Assembly (NCBI GenBank): GCA_965279035.1
Contig: OZ257142.1
Location: 2,880,001 to 2,944,000, forward strand
Source of the DNA: Bacteroidia bacterium
GTDB lineage: Bacteria > Bacteroidota > Bacteroidia > M30B66
Reading direction: 5' to 3'
DNA: 64,000 nucleotides
The position numbers and the translations under genes are program-made. A model generated the notes under the pieces. It saw only the letters and a list, made by a program, of their open reading frames with translations. It ran no database searches and was not told the origin of the DNA. Below, one piece after another: positions 48,876-58,573 of the stretch. Position 1 is the stretch's first letter. Each line of letters opens with the position of its first letter.

Positions 48876-50648
48876 ATGAGTTTGACAAAAAATTGTTTGA
48901 TACTAGGTTTATTACTGTTAATAAAATGTGTTTCTGGACAAACCTATTTACCTCCTACCCTCGCCTGGAAAGGAAAAAGTGAAGGAATTTTAAGAACTAT
49001 CAAAGATCCTCTTGTTACTCCATTTGAACTAAGTTCAGGATTAAATTCTGCTTCATCTGAAGAATTATCCAATTGGTTTAGCAAACTGATGCTTAAATTT
49101 CCTGATATACAGAGTGAAAGCATTGGTAAATCTGCGCAGAATCGTGATATCTGGATGTATTCGATTCGTCGTGCGGGAAAGGAAAAACCAACTTTTCTAT
49201 TTCAAGCTGGTATTCATGCTGGAGAAATTGACGGCAAAGATGCAGGCATGCTTTTCTTTCGGGATGTGCTGGAAAATCAAGCTCAATTACTCCAAAATGT
49301 CAATGTGCTATTCATCCCAATTTTGAATGTAGATGGACATGAACGAGCATCTGAATTCAATCGAATAAATCAACGCGGACCAAGTATCATGGGTTGGAGA
49401 AGTAATGCTCTCAACCAAAACCTCAACCGCGATTATACAAAGCTTGACACGAAGGAAATTCAGTCGGTGCTTGCAGTTATAAATCGGGAAAATCCGGTGT
49501 TGTATATGGATATTCACGTGACCGATGGGGCAGATTATCAATATGATATCACTTATGGATTTCAAGGTGAACATGCTTATTCACCTGCTATTTCAAACTG
49601 GTTAAAATCGAAATTTCGTCCACCGGTTGATGGGGCACTTTCGAGCAATGGTCATATACCTGGGCCGCTTCTGTTTGCTGTGAATGACGAAGATTTTAAA
49701 GAGGGGAATAATGAATATACATTTTCACCACGCTTTTCTCATGGCTATGGTGACGCACGTCATTTACCTAGTATTCTTGTAGAAAATCATTCCTTAAAAC
49801 CCTTTCGTCAGCGCGTATTAGGAACCTATGTGTTGTTATTTGAAACACTGCGCGTTTTAAATTTAGAAGGAGCTTCGTTGAAAAATGCTATCTCTTCTGA
49901 TCAAAAACGGACACCGAAAACCTTAGCATTGACTTGGGATTTCCCTAAAACTGCAAGTGATTCAATGCATTTTGCTGGCATTGCTTCAAAGAAAGTGAAG
50001 TCGGAAGTAACAGGTTCCGAATACGTTGAATGGTTGGGCAAAGCCGAAACCCAACATATTCCGATTCGGAAAACCAATGTAGCTACTTCGCATGTTGCTC
50101 GTCCGTCGTATTACATAATTCCAGTTCAGTTCGACCAAGTCATTTTTCGTTTGAAGCAGCATGGAGTGGAGATGAAAAATATTCAATCCGACTCAACCAT
50201 ACAACTCAGCATGTACCGTTTGAGCAATCCACAAATTCAAGGAAAACTCCCTAATCAGGGAAGATGCCGCTTGAAGGCTGATGCGAAAGAGGAATCGATG
50301 CAAGTAGTATTTCCTAAAGGTTCTGTACTCGTTTCAACAAATCAGGCTTTGGGCGATTTAGCTGTTTTATTGCTCGAACCTGAATTTACGGATTCGTACT
50401 TCCAATGGGGCTTTTTTCCGGAATGTTTAGAGAGAACTGAGTATTTCGAAACATACGTATTGGAGCCATATGCAGTCGAGCAACTCAAGAAAAATCCATC
50501 ACTTAAATTAGCATTTGAAAGCAAGAAAACGAGCGATTCAGTATTTGCAAAAGACCAACAAGCTCAATTACGCTGGTTTTACGAGCAATCGCCTTATGCT
50601 GATAAAACCTATTTACTCTATCCGGTTGGAAGAATTGTAGCAAACTAG
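48876..50648 (+). CDS. M14 family zinc carboxypeptidase
   Basis: AGIHAGEIDGK (HxxE), NVDGHER, NLNRDY, DIHVTDG. Confidence 0.9.
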   Translation: MSLTKNCLILGLLLLIKCVSGQTYLPPTLAWKGKSEGILRTIKDPLVTPFELSSGLNSASSEELSNWFSKLMLKFPDIQSESIGKSAQNRDIWMYSIRRAGKEKPTFLFQAGIHAGEIDGKDAGMLFFRDVLENQAQLLQNVNVLFIPILNVDGHERASEFNRINQRGPSIMGWRSNALNQNLNRDYTKLDTKEIQSVLAVINRENPVLYMDIHVTDGADYQYDITYGFQGEHAYSPAISNWLKSKFRPPVDGALSSNGHIPGPLLFAVNDEDFKEGNNEYTFSPRFSHGYGDARHLPSILVENHSLKPFRQRVLGTYVLLFETLRVLNLEGASLKNAISSDQKRTPKTLALTWDFPKTASDSMHFAGIASKKVKSEVTGSEYVEWLGKAETQHIPIRKTNVATSHVARPSYYIIPVQFDQVIFRLKQHGVEMKNIQSDSTIQLSMYRLSNPQIQGKLPNQGRCRLKADAKEESMQVVFPKGSVLVSTNQALGDLAVLLLEPEFTDSYFQWGFFPECLERTEYFETYVLEPYAVEQLKKNPSLKLAFESKKTSDSVFAKDQQAQLRWFYEQSPYADKTYLLYPVGRIVAN

Positions 50649-50727
50649 ATTTATAAAATTTTTAAACGAAAACACGATTCCAAAGCCTCATTTATAAATA
50701 AACTTTTGTAAACAATTTTGTTTATTT

Positions 50728-51192
50728 TTGACTATGGAAAGTCAATTGTCGATATTAAAAGGAATTCATCCAGGATTTTACCTTGAGCGAGAACTCAAGA
50801 AACGTAACATTCGAAAAAGTCGATTTGCAATATCACTTCAAGAATTCCCTCAAACGCTTGTAGCCATTACAAAAGGGAAAAGAAAAATGAATACTTCTCT
50901 CGCTTTAAAAATTGAACAAGCGCTCGATTTAGAAGAAGGTTTTCTGATGGTTCTTCAGATTTATTATGATATAGCGGAACAAAAGAAGAAAAATGTCCTG
51001 AAACCCGACATCTCCAAAATAAGACCTGTGTTGTTTTGGGACACTGAAATTGGCAAAATTGATTGGGACAAACAAAAGAGTTCTATTATAAAACGTGTGT
51101 ATTCGAGAGGAAATGAAATGGAGAAAAATGTTATTTCTGATTTTTATGGAAAAGTACTCATAGAGCAAGTTTTATTAAATCAAACTGAATGA
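50728..51192 (+). CDS. HigA-like HTH antitoxin with DUF6922-like C-terminus
   Basis: IHPGFYLEREL..ITKGKRKMNTSLALKIE; LFWDT..IDW..IIKRV..RG. Confidence 0.8.
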   Translation: MTMESQLSILKGIHPGFYLERELKKRNIRKSRFAISLQEFPQTLVAITKGKRKMNTSLALKIEQALDLEEGFLMVLQIYYDIAEQKKKNVLKPDISKIRPVLFWDTEIGKIDWDKQKSSIIKRVYSRGNEMEKNVISDFYGKVLIEQVLLNQTE

Positions 51193-51833
51193 AATTACAT
51201 TATTCAACAGTTTCTCCAGAATTACTTAGTGTTCTAAAGAAATTGATGGTTGAAAAATCATTTTCAAAATTTCGATTAGTTGGAGGTACTGCATTAAGTT
51301 TATTTCTTGGTCATAGAAAATCGATTGATATTGATTTATTTACTTATACCGATTATGGTACTGTTGATTTTAAAGCGATTGAGAAATTTTTACGATTAGA
51401 ATTCCCTTATTTCGACACCAATAGTTATCAAGAAATTGGAATGGGAAAATCGTATTAAGTTGGCGAAAATGAAATGAATTGTATTAAGATTGATTTGTTC
51501 TATACTGACACATTTATTCATCCAATTATAGAGCTTGATCAAATCCGAATGACTAGTCTAGAAGAAATTTCGGCAATGAAACTAGATGTAATTGCCCGAA
51601 ACGGGAGGAAAAAAGATTTTTGGGATATACACGAATTACAAAATCATTATTCATTAATTGAAATGGCTTCATTCCATGAAAATCGTTATCCTTTCACTCA
51701 TAATATGGAAACTATAAAATCTAAGTTAATTGACTTTTCTTTGGCTGATGAAGATTTCGACCCAATTTGTTTAAGAGGAAAGCATTGGGAATTAATAAAG
51801 CTAGATATGATTGATTATGCTTCAACATTATAA
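51189..51833 (+). pseudogene. AbiEii/AbiGii nucleotidyltransferase toxin interrupted by an in-frame TAA (51456-51458)
   Basis: LVGGTALSL..GHRKSIDIDLF in the first part; the same frame continues VGENEMNCIKIDLFY..MK..RKKDFWD. Confidence 0.85.
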
Positions 51834-51886
51834 TTTCTAAAAAGCACGATATATTAATCAGATTTCAGTTTAAATGCAATTCCAAT

Positions 51887-52033
51887 TTGCCTGAGCGATT
51901 GAGGCGGATAGCCCGCATTGTGCGCCGAAGCGGAAGCGAAGGCGAACAGGAGGTTCTGATAGCTATCGGAATTAGCCGAAAGCGCGACCTGAGTGTGTTG
52001 AGTTTACGAAACAGACGAAGGGCAGGCCCAAAA
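51887..52033 (+). repeat. GC-rich structured intergenic element (REP-like composite / candidate ncRNA)
   Basis: Closing gcctg/caggc; internal gcgg-atagc-ccgc, cgcc-gaagcggaagcgaa-ggcg, near-palindrome ttctgatagctatcggaa and nested GAG..CGAA hairpin. Confidence 0.7.
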
Positions 52034-52327
52034 TCAACGGAATACAATTTCCTTAATCAGCTCCTCCCCTGCCTTTTCATTTAGCGATTTGATGATTTTC
52101 GATTTCGCAAAACTCAACTCGTTTCTCAATGTTGCCGAAGAAAGTTGAATATACAAGGTGCCCTCATATATGCGTATATCGTTGGTTCGGTTCGCGATCA
52201 TTGGTCCCATCAGTTCTGCCCAAGATTGAAGCATACGAAATTCACGATACTTACCATTAAGGCCGTATTGCTTGAGCCATAAATCGATGAGCTCGGTGAC
52301 AGTCGAATCGTTGCTTTTACGTTTCAT
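52034..52327 (-). CDS. DciA/DUF721 family protein
   Basis: W..LMGPMIA.RT..I.I..GTL.I...SATLRNELSF.K..II..LN; translationally coupled to recF. Confidence 0.88.
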   Translation of the reverse strand: MKRKSNDSTVTELIDLWLKQYGLNGKYREFRMLQSWAELMGPMIANRTNDIRIYEGTLYIQLSSATLRNELSFAKSKIIKSLNEKAGEELIKEIVFR

Positions 52328-53415
52328 GCAGATTGAACCGTTCCTTGGTGAACGACAAAGTGGTCAAAGGTAGCCTGAATTCCTTGGAGGATTTCTGCAA
52401 TTCGTTCGGGATGTGAATCAGTTATGAAAATTTGTCCGAAATGCTGCTTACTTACCAAAGTCATCAATGCTGTGATCCGCTCCTGATCGAGCTTTTCAAA
52501 AATATCATCGAGTAACAATAAAGGTTTCATCTGCTTCACATCACTCAACACGTCAAACTGAGCCAACTTCAATGCAATGAGAAATGATTTTTGCTGTCCC
52601 TGACTTGCATATTTACGTAAAGGAAATCCATGGATAAGCATTCCCAAATCGTCCTTATGAATACCGGAAGTGGTGTACTGCATGATGCGATCTTTCTCCC
52701 GTGTTTGCTGCAAAAGTTCATAAGGATCGCTTTGAAAAAGCTTGCTTTCGTAGGAAAGCTCTACCGATTCGGAACTATTCGTAATGAATGAATATACCTC
52801 TTGAAAATGCGGTCTAATTCGTTTAAGAAATGATTGTCTTGCTTCGAAAACCGGACGAGCATAATGAGCCAATTGTTCATCCCAGATATCAAGCATTTCA
52901 GAATTGCTTTGTCCCGATCGCAAATAGGCATTGCGCTGCTGAAGTACTTTTCCGTAGCGAATTAAATTCTCCAGATAAGGTTTATCATATTGAGAAATTA
53001 CGCTATCCATAAAACGTCTACGTTCTTCACTACCTTCGGTAATCAGGGCAATATCGGAAGGTGAAATAACAACCAATGGCACCAAACCAATGTGCTCTGA
53101 TAGTCGCTCGTATTCTTTATTATTTCGCTTGAATTGCTTCTTCTGTCCACGCTTGATACCACAATAAATAGCTTCTTTTTTTTCTTCATTGAGGAAATTT
53201 CCTTGAATGAGAAAAAAGGGTTCTTCATTCCGAATGTTTTGTGAATCGATTGGATTGAGGAAACTTTTACAAAAAGCGAGGTAATGGATGGCGTCGAGCA
53301 AATTGGTTTTCCCAGATCCATTTTTTCCAGTGAATACCACGATTTGTTGAGCAAACTCGAGATCTGCCTCAGGGTAATTTCGATAATTTACTAAATGGAG
53401 TTCGCTTATTTGCAT
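52324..53415 (-). CDS. recF: DNA replication/repair protein RecF
   Basis: NYRNY, GKNGSGKTN, ERRRFMD, SQGQQKS, LLDDIF; ATG 53415. Confidence 0.96.
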   Translation of the reverse strand: MQISELHLVNYRNYPEADLEFAQQIVVFTGKNGSGKTNLLDAIHYLAFCKSFLNPIDSQNIRNEEPFFLIQGNFLNEEKKEAIYCGIKRGQKKQFKRNNKEYERLSEHIGLVPLVVISPSDIALITEGSEERRRFMDSVISQYDKPYLENLIRYGKVLQQRNAYLRSGQSNSEMLDIWDEQLAHYARPVFEARQSFLKRIRPHFQEVYSFITNSSESVELSYESKLFQSDPYELLQQTREKDRIMQYTTSGIHKDDLGMLIHGFPLRKYASQGQQKSFLIALKLAQFDVLSDVKQMKPLLLLDDIFEKLDQERITALMTLVSKQHFGQIFITDSHPERIAEILQGIQATFDHFVVHQGTVQSA

Positions 53416-53597
53416 CGAAAGGCAAAGATACACGGAGCATTGAGGTAGAAAAACAGCTGAGTTTGAAAATCACAAGAGGTTTTACACAAGAAACACACGG
53501 TTTCATTCATAGAATTGAAGAAAATTGAATGATCATTTTCTGTAGTTGTTGGTAACAAAAAAACCTTATTTTTGCGCCTCATTTTTTTACACAGATT

Positions 53598-54296
53598 ATG
53601 GCCGATAAGACCAAACCAAAGCACGACACGTTACAAGATATTGAAGCATCTCTTTCGAATACCGAGATGTTTATTGAACGCAACCAGAAGAAACTTCTGA
53701 TGGTTTTGGCTGCTATTATAGTAGCTGTTGGAGCTGTTTTAGCTTACAAACAATTTATTGTAAAGCCGAAAGAAGCAGAAGCTCAAGCTGCCATTTTCCG
53801 TGCAGAAATCTATTTTGAAAAAGATTCTTTCAACCTGGCTTTGAATGGAAAAGGAACTACTGAAGGTTTCCTTTCAATCATCGACTCATATAGCGGCACC
53901 AAATCTGGAAACCTTGCTCATTACTATGCCGGTATTTGCTATTTGCATTTAGGTAAATTTCAAGAAGCAATTGATCAATTGGACGCTTACGATGGAGAAG
54001 ATATCTTAACATCTTCCGTTGCTATGGGCGCTAAAGGTGATGCCTTGATGGAATTAGGAAAAACACAAGAAGCTATTGATCAATACATCAAAGCGGCTGG
54101 AAAAAACGAAAATATGTTTAGTTCTCCAATGTACCTTATGAAAGCTGGAATTGCTTATGAGGACATGAAAAACTACGATAAAGCCTTAGAGATTTATACG
54201 AAAGTTCGTAAAGACTTTTATCAAACGAGCGAGGGACGTGAAGCAGAAAAATACATTGCTCGCGTTGAAGGCTTCAAAGAAAACGGCAGCAAATAA
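53598..54296 (+). CDS. Membrane-anchored tetratricopeptide repeat protein (YfgM-like)
   Basis: N-terminal TM then TPRs (NLAHYYAGICYL, GDALMELG); upstream of ribH as usual in Bacteroidota. Confidence 0.85.
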   Translation: MADKTKPKHDTLQDIEASLSNTEMFIERNQKKLLMVLAAIIVAVGAVLAYKQFIVKPKEAEAQAAIFRAEIYFEKDSFNLALNGKGTTEGFLSIIDSYSGTKSGNLAHYYAGICYLHLGKFQEAIDQLDAYDGEDILTSSVAMGAKGDALMELGKTQEAIDQYIKAAGKNENMFSSPMYLMKAGIAYEDMKNYDKALEIYTKVRKDFYQTSEGREAEKYIARVEGFKENGSK

Positions 54297-54805
54297 TGTC
54301 GTCTGCACACCACAATTTATCAAGTCGTAAAATGGTCAATATTCCGAATATTGACCATTTTCGTTTTACCGTCATTGTTGCTCAGTGGAATTATGAAGTA
54401 ACTGGTGAACTCGAAAAAGGATGCGTCGAAACACTACTTCTTAACGGCATTCCTCAACAAAATATCCGTATACTTTCAGTGCCCGGTAGCTGGGAACTAA
54501 TCAGTGCTGCTCGATTAGCCTTAACGCATAGTCAAACCGATGCTGTAATTTGTATTGGTGCTGTTATCAAAGGCGACACACCTCATTTTGAATACATCTG
54601 CCAAGGTGTTACAAACGGATTAGCGAACTTGTGTTCAACTCAAGATATTCCGGTAATATTTGGTGTATTAACAGTAAACACCTTACAACAAGCTCTCGAT
54701 CGTTGCGGCGGAATTCACGGCAACAAAGGCGATGAAGCTGCAATTACGGCCATTGAATTGGCTGCATTAAGTAGAGATATTCGTACAAAAGAACCCTTGT
54801 TCTAA
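54296..54805 (+). CDS. ribH: 6,7-dimethyl-8-ribityllumazine synthase
   Basis: VAQWN, VPGSWEL, GAVIKGDTPHFEY, PVIFGVLT, GNKGDEAA. Confidence 0.96.
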   Translation: MSSAHHNLSSRKMVNIPNIDHFRFTVIVAQWNYEVTGELEKGCVETLLLNGIPQQNIRILSVPGSWELISAARLALTHSQTDAVICIGAVIKGDTPHFEYICQGVTNGLANLCSTQDIPVIFGVLTVNTLQQALDRCGGIHGNKGDEAAITAIELAALSRDIRTKEPLF

Positions 54806-54806
54806 A

Positions 54807-55556
54807 TCAATCCTGAACAACAAAATTTCGCTGCTCTTGTCTTGAATTTAATGCTTTATCGTAAAGTGTTAATTCAAAGCGATACAGTCCATTGCTTAAT
54901 CCTGATAAGGGAAAATTGAAAGTCAAGGAAGCTGGATTTGAAGCTGGATATTGGATTTCGGAATGCACTTGCGTTGATCCTCCATACACCTTAAAAACCG
55001 CAGCAGAAATTCCTACATTATCACTAGCATCGGCATTTACAGTGAGCGTGCTCGTATTACTCAAGTACTGTAAATCGGCTGGCCATTGAAGTAGAAGTGT
55101 GGGCAATTGTGTATCAAGTGGACTTTGAATAAAAACATGCTGCGTATCGGTCGGACTCAAATTTCCAGAGGCATCAACCACATTCAGCATCAATTCGTAC
55201 CAACCTGTTGCAATTGAATCGGGAATTGAAATATCCTGAGAAACTGTGGTGGAATTTCCTGTAACATCCCAAATGCGCGTTAAATTCCAAGCAAGCAATG
55301 CTGTTGAATCGATTGGAACAAAAGCTTCATCCGAAGGCTTAATGATCAGTTTGTATTGAGCAAGTTCGTGGTTGTCGCTAAAAACTGCCTCAATGTGAAG
55401 AGTATTTCCGCTTACCGTTGCACTATCTGCAGGAACATTGAAAGCAACTATGCTTGGTTTCTCACGATCGGCTAGATCTTTTTTGCATGAATTCAAACCA
55501 ATCAACACACTAATTCCTAAATATAGCAAGGCATTCCGCAAGCGCATTTTCGTCAT
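54807..55556 (-). CDS. DUF4625-like lipoprotein with Ig-like domains
   Basis: Lipobox LNSC; D.EKP.I, FSDNHEL, DASGN, DNVGI. Confidence 0.7.
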   Translation of the reverse strand: MTKMRLRNALLYLGISVLIGLNSCKKDLADREKPSIVAFNVPADSATVSGNTLHIEAVFSDNHELAQYKLIIKPSDEAFVPIDSTALLAWNLTRIWDVTGNSTTVSQDISIPDSIATGWYELMLNVVDASGNLSPTDTQHVFIQSPLDTQLPTLLLQWPADLQYLSNTSTLTVNADASDNVGISAAVFKVYGGSTQVHSEIQYPASNPASLTFNFPLSGLSNGLYRFELTLYDKALNSRQEQRNFVVQD

Positions 55557-55672
55557 TTTAATCCTACAAAGAAAACAGAAATAGCTGAGTGTTTTTCAAA
55601 CTTATCTCTTGATAAGAATGAACCTCCATTTTCTAAAAGATTTCCTGCATTTTTGTCTTCCCAAATTTTCCT

Positions 55673-58069
55673 ATGCGTCTTATTTCCTCGCTTTTGCTTT
55701 CATTGCTCTTTGTTGCTTCTCAGGCTCAAATTGCATCCATCGAACATCCTTCAGGTACGCCTTCAACTGCCGATGCCACAACACTTGATACTCGTAGTGA
55801 TAGCATCGATATTAGTCACACCAACATCAACCTCGATTTTAGCGCACTTCCTACTCCCAATTTAATTGGAGCTTGTTTAGTGAATTTCTCCGCCAAAGTG
55901 AATAATATCAGTCATATTACCTTGGATTTAGAAGGTTTAACGGTTGATTCTGTAAAGCAAGGACCCGAAACTGTTTCGTTTACACATGTGGGCAGCAAAT
56001 TAAAAATTGATTTATTGTTTGCTTTACAATCGGGCAATAACACAGCAGTTGAAGTATATTATCACGGAACTCCAATCGAAGATGCTTCAGGTTTTGGTGG
56101 TTTTAGTTTTTCCGGTGGATATGCTTACAATATTGGTGTTGGATTCGATGCTGATCCACACAATTTCGGTCGCGTTTGGTTTCCTTGTTTCGACAATTTT
56201 GTTGAACGCTGCACCTTTTCACTCATCGTTAAAACTCCCGAAAATTTAAGTTCGTACTGTGGTGGGATTTTGGAAGAAGACACGGTAGAAAATGGATTTC
56301 GCACACGCCATTGGACACTCAATCAAGAAATCCCAAGTTACCTCGCATCGGTTGCTGTAGCTCCTTATACCGAGGTGAATTACACGTTTTCGAGCATGCT
56401 CAATCCGCAGTTAAATGTAAAACTGGCGGCTGTTCCGGGTGATACGACTGCGATGAAAAATGCTTTCGTCAGTCTTGAACCTATTTTCCATCAATATGAA
56501 AGTCATTTTGGTCCATATCGTTGGGATCGGGTTGGCTATGTGATGACACCTTTTCAAGCTGGCGCGATGGAACATGCCAGTAACATTGGTTATCCACGCG
56601 ATTTACTTTCAACTGGTGCAGCGGGAAATCAACACATCATGGCGCATGAACTTTCGCATCATTGGTTTGGCGATTTAGCAACCTGTAGAACTGCTTCTCA
56701 CATGTGGCTTAACGAAGGATTTGCTTCATACTGCGAGCGCTTGTTCGACGAATGGCTCATTTCCCGCGCAACGTATGATGCTCAAGTGAGAGCAAATCAC
56801 CGCACAATGGTGAATCTGTGTCACGTAAAAGATAGTGGTTACTGGCCTTTATCGAATGTGCCTCAAGCGTATACGTATACCACATCCACCTACGAACGCC
56901 CATCCGACATTATCCATACGCTTCGCACCTACATGGGTGATAGCTTGTTTTATGTGGGATTGAAGCATTATTTTAACACATACACCTTTCATGATGCAAA
57001 TTCAAACGACTTACGTGATGCATTAGAAGCTGCGACCAGCGTCCCTTTACATGATTTCTTTGCCGATTGGGTAGATACGCCCGGTTGGGGAGAATTTGAA
57101 ATCGATTCAATGATCATTACTGGTGGTATTGGAAATCGTTTTTACTACAGTCAAAAATCGGCTGGAAATACCCATACCTATTCGAATGTACCATTTGAAT
57201 TAAGTTGCCGAGGAAGCAATTTCGAATTGTTTACAGCTCAGGTTGTGTTGAGTGGTCCAAACGGCTTTGTAGATGTTTCGGTACCGTTTGAACCGATGTA
57301 TGCTTCACTCAATCGTAACGAGGCCATTTCACATGCGGTGACAGCAGAAGAACGGTTCATCAAAACAACCGGAAATGCGAATTGGACCAATGCACTTTTA
57401 GAAATTAATACTGCTTCAGTTCAAGATTCGGTTTTAATTCGTGTTGAACATAATTGGGTGGCACCAGATCCATTTAAACAAGCATATGCCATGTATCGTT
57501 TAAGTCCAAACCGCTACTGGCATGTTGACGGCGTGTTACGCGATGGATTTAAAGCCAGTGGAAAATTCACCTATAACGGACGAACATCGAGCACCTCAAG
57601 TGGCTGGTTGGATAATGAACTAGTTACCGATGAAAACAAATTAGTGTTGCTTTATCGGAAAGATAATAGCTCAGATTGGACTGTACTTAATGCCACTAAA
57701 AACACACTATCTAGTACGACCGATAAATACGGATCGTTCACATTAGATAGTTTAATGTTGGGAGAATACACATTCGCAGAACTCGATAGCAGCTTAGGAA
57801 TTCAACCAATAGCAATAGTGGAAAATTCCAATTTAAAGGTATTCCCGAATCCAGCTAAAACTCAAGTTTCTCTCACCTGGGAAAAAGAGGACATGCGTTA
57901 TGCAGAGTTATTCGATATGTCGGGCAGAAGTATGGGACGATTGATGATTCCAAGTGGAATGCGTGGATGGGTATTTCCGGTTGAGCATTTAGCTGCAGGA
58001 ACCTATTTAATGCGCTTAGAAACGAAGCGAGGAAAATTTGTGCAATCCAAAGTGATTATTGAGAAATAA
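55673..58069 (+). CDS. M1 family aminopeptidase with T9SS CTD
   Basis: GAMEH, AHELSHHWFG..WLNEGFASY; VFPNPA..LAAGTYL CTD. Confidence 0.92.
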   Translation: MRLISSLLLSLLFVASQAQIASIEHPSGTPSTADATTLDTRSDSIDISHTNINLDFSALPTPNLIGACLVNFSAKVNNISHITLDLEGLTVDSVKQGPETVSFTHVGSKLKIDLLFALQSGNNTAVEVYYHGTPIEDASGFGGFSFSGGYAYNIGVGFDADPHNFGRVWFPCFDNFVERCTFSLIVKTPENLSSYCGGILEEDTVENGFRTRHWTLNQEIPSYLASVAVAPYTEVNYTFSSMLNPQLNVKLAAVPGDTTAMKNAFVSLEPIFHQYESHFGPYRWDRVGYVMTPFQAGAMEHASNIGYPRDLLSTGAAGNQHIMAHELSHHWFGDLATCRTASHMWLNEGFASYCERLFDEWLISRATYDAQVRANHRTMVNLCHVKDSGYWPLSNVPQAYTYTTSTYERPSDIIHTLRTYMGDSLFYVGLKHYFNTYTFHDANSNDLRDALEAATSVPLHDFFADWVDTPGWGEFEIDSMIITGGIGNRFYYSQKSAGNTHTYSNVPFELSCRGSNFELFTAQVVLSGPNGFVDVSVPFEPMYASLNRNEAISHAVTAEERFIKTTGNANWTNALLEINTASVQDSVLIRVEHNWVAPDPFKQAYAMYRLSPNRYWHVDGVLRDGFKASGKFTYNGRTSSTSSGWLDNELVTDENKLVLLYRKDNSSDWTVLNATKNTLSSTTDKYGSFTLDSLMLGEYTFAELDSSLGIQPIAIVENSNLKVFPNPAKTQVSLTWEKEDMRYAELFDMSGRSMGRLMIPSGMRGWVFPVEHLAAGTYLMRLETKRGKFVQSKVIIEK

Positions 58070-58201
58070 ATCAAGGTTAGATTTTAATTTTTATAAATAC
58101 CGGATTCATTAAAATTATCCATTAATGATGTTTATTACTATTCTCAATGCTAAAGTAAAGACATAAATTATTTTTTAAAGTAAAATTAGAATTGGACACA
58201 G

Positions 58202-58409
58202 ATCTTGCGATGGCTATGTCTGGGCGGCGAGGGTGTGTTTCGACATAGATTAGAATAAAGATTATCCGAACAGCATAGTCGAAAAAAGGCCTTGCGCGTA
58301 AGTAGCATCGTCCAGACTTGAACTTCTTTAGGTGCACGCTGAGCTTGTCGAAGCGTGTGTCAAGACAAGAAAGTATGGCGTCGCAGACAATCATGAATGA
58401 CTAATTTGA
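58202..58409 (+). repeat. Structured dispersed element, copy B, containing a REP-like hairpin at 58334-58358
   Basis: Homologous to 6872-7063; gcacgct-gagcttgtcga-agcgtgt replaces the left arm of the terminal hairpin. Confidence 0.8.
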
Positions 58410-58510
58410 AAAAAGATAACTCAGACTTTATTTAATGATTTAATCAAAATATTGTATTGTAAAGTCAACATCAAGATGATTAATTAAAAATAATATTCAG
58501 TTATAATTTT

Positions 58511-58554
58511 ATGATGTATGTCATACTATGGAGCTTAGATGTTACTGTAATTTG
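58511..58554 (+). promoter_or_regulatory. Putative Crp/Fnr-type box ATGAT-N4-GTCAT plus -7-like box for cytochrome c peroxidase
   Basis: ATGATGTATGTCAT at 58511-58524; GTAATTTG ending at 58554. Confidence 0.55.
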
Positions 58555-58573
58555 ACAATATAAATTTATCGTC

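Noticed and set aside
51956-52012. Hammerhead ribozyme core (CTGA...CGAAA)
   Set aside because: Reads CTGATAG and CTGAGTG rather than CTGANGA, and no stem III/UH is in register
51865-52084. Short ORFs over the structured element (likewise 6848-7045, 58122-58394 and 33308-33535)
   Set aside because: They coincide with repeats or hairpins and lack protein-like features
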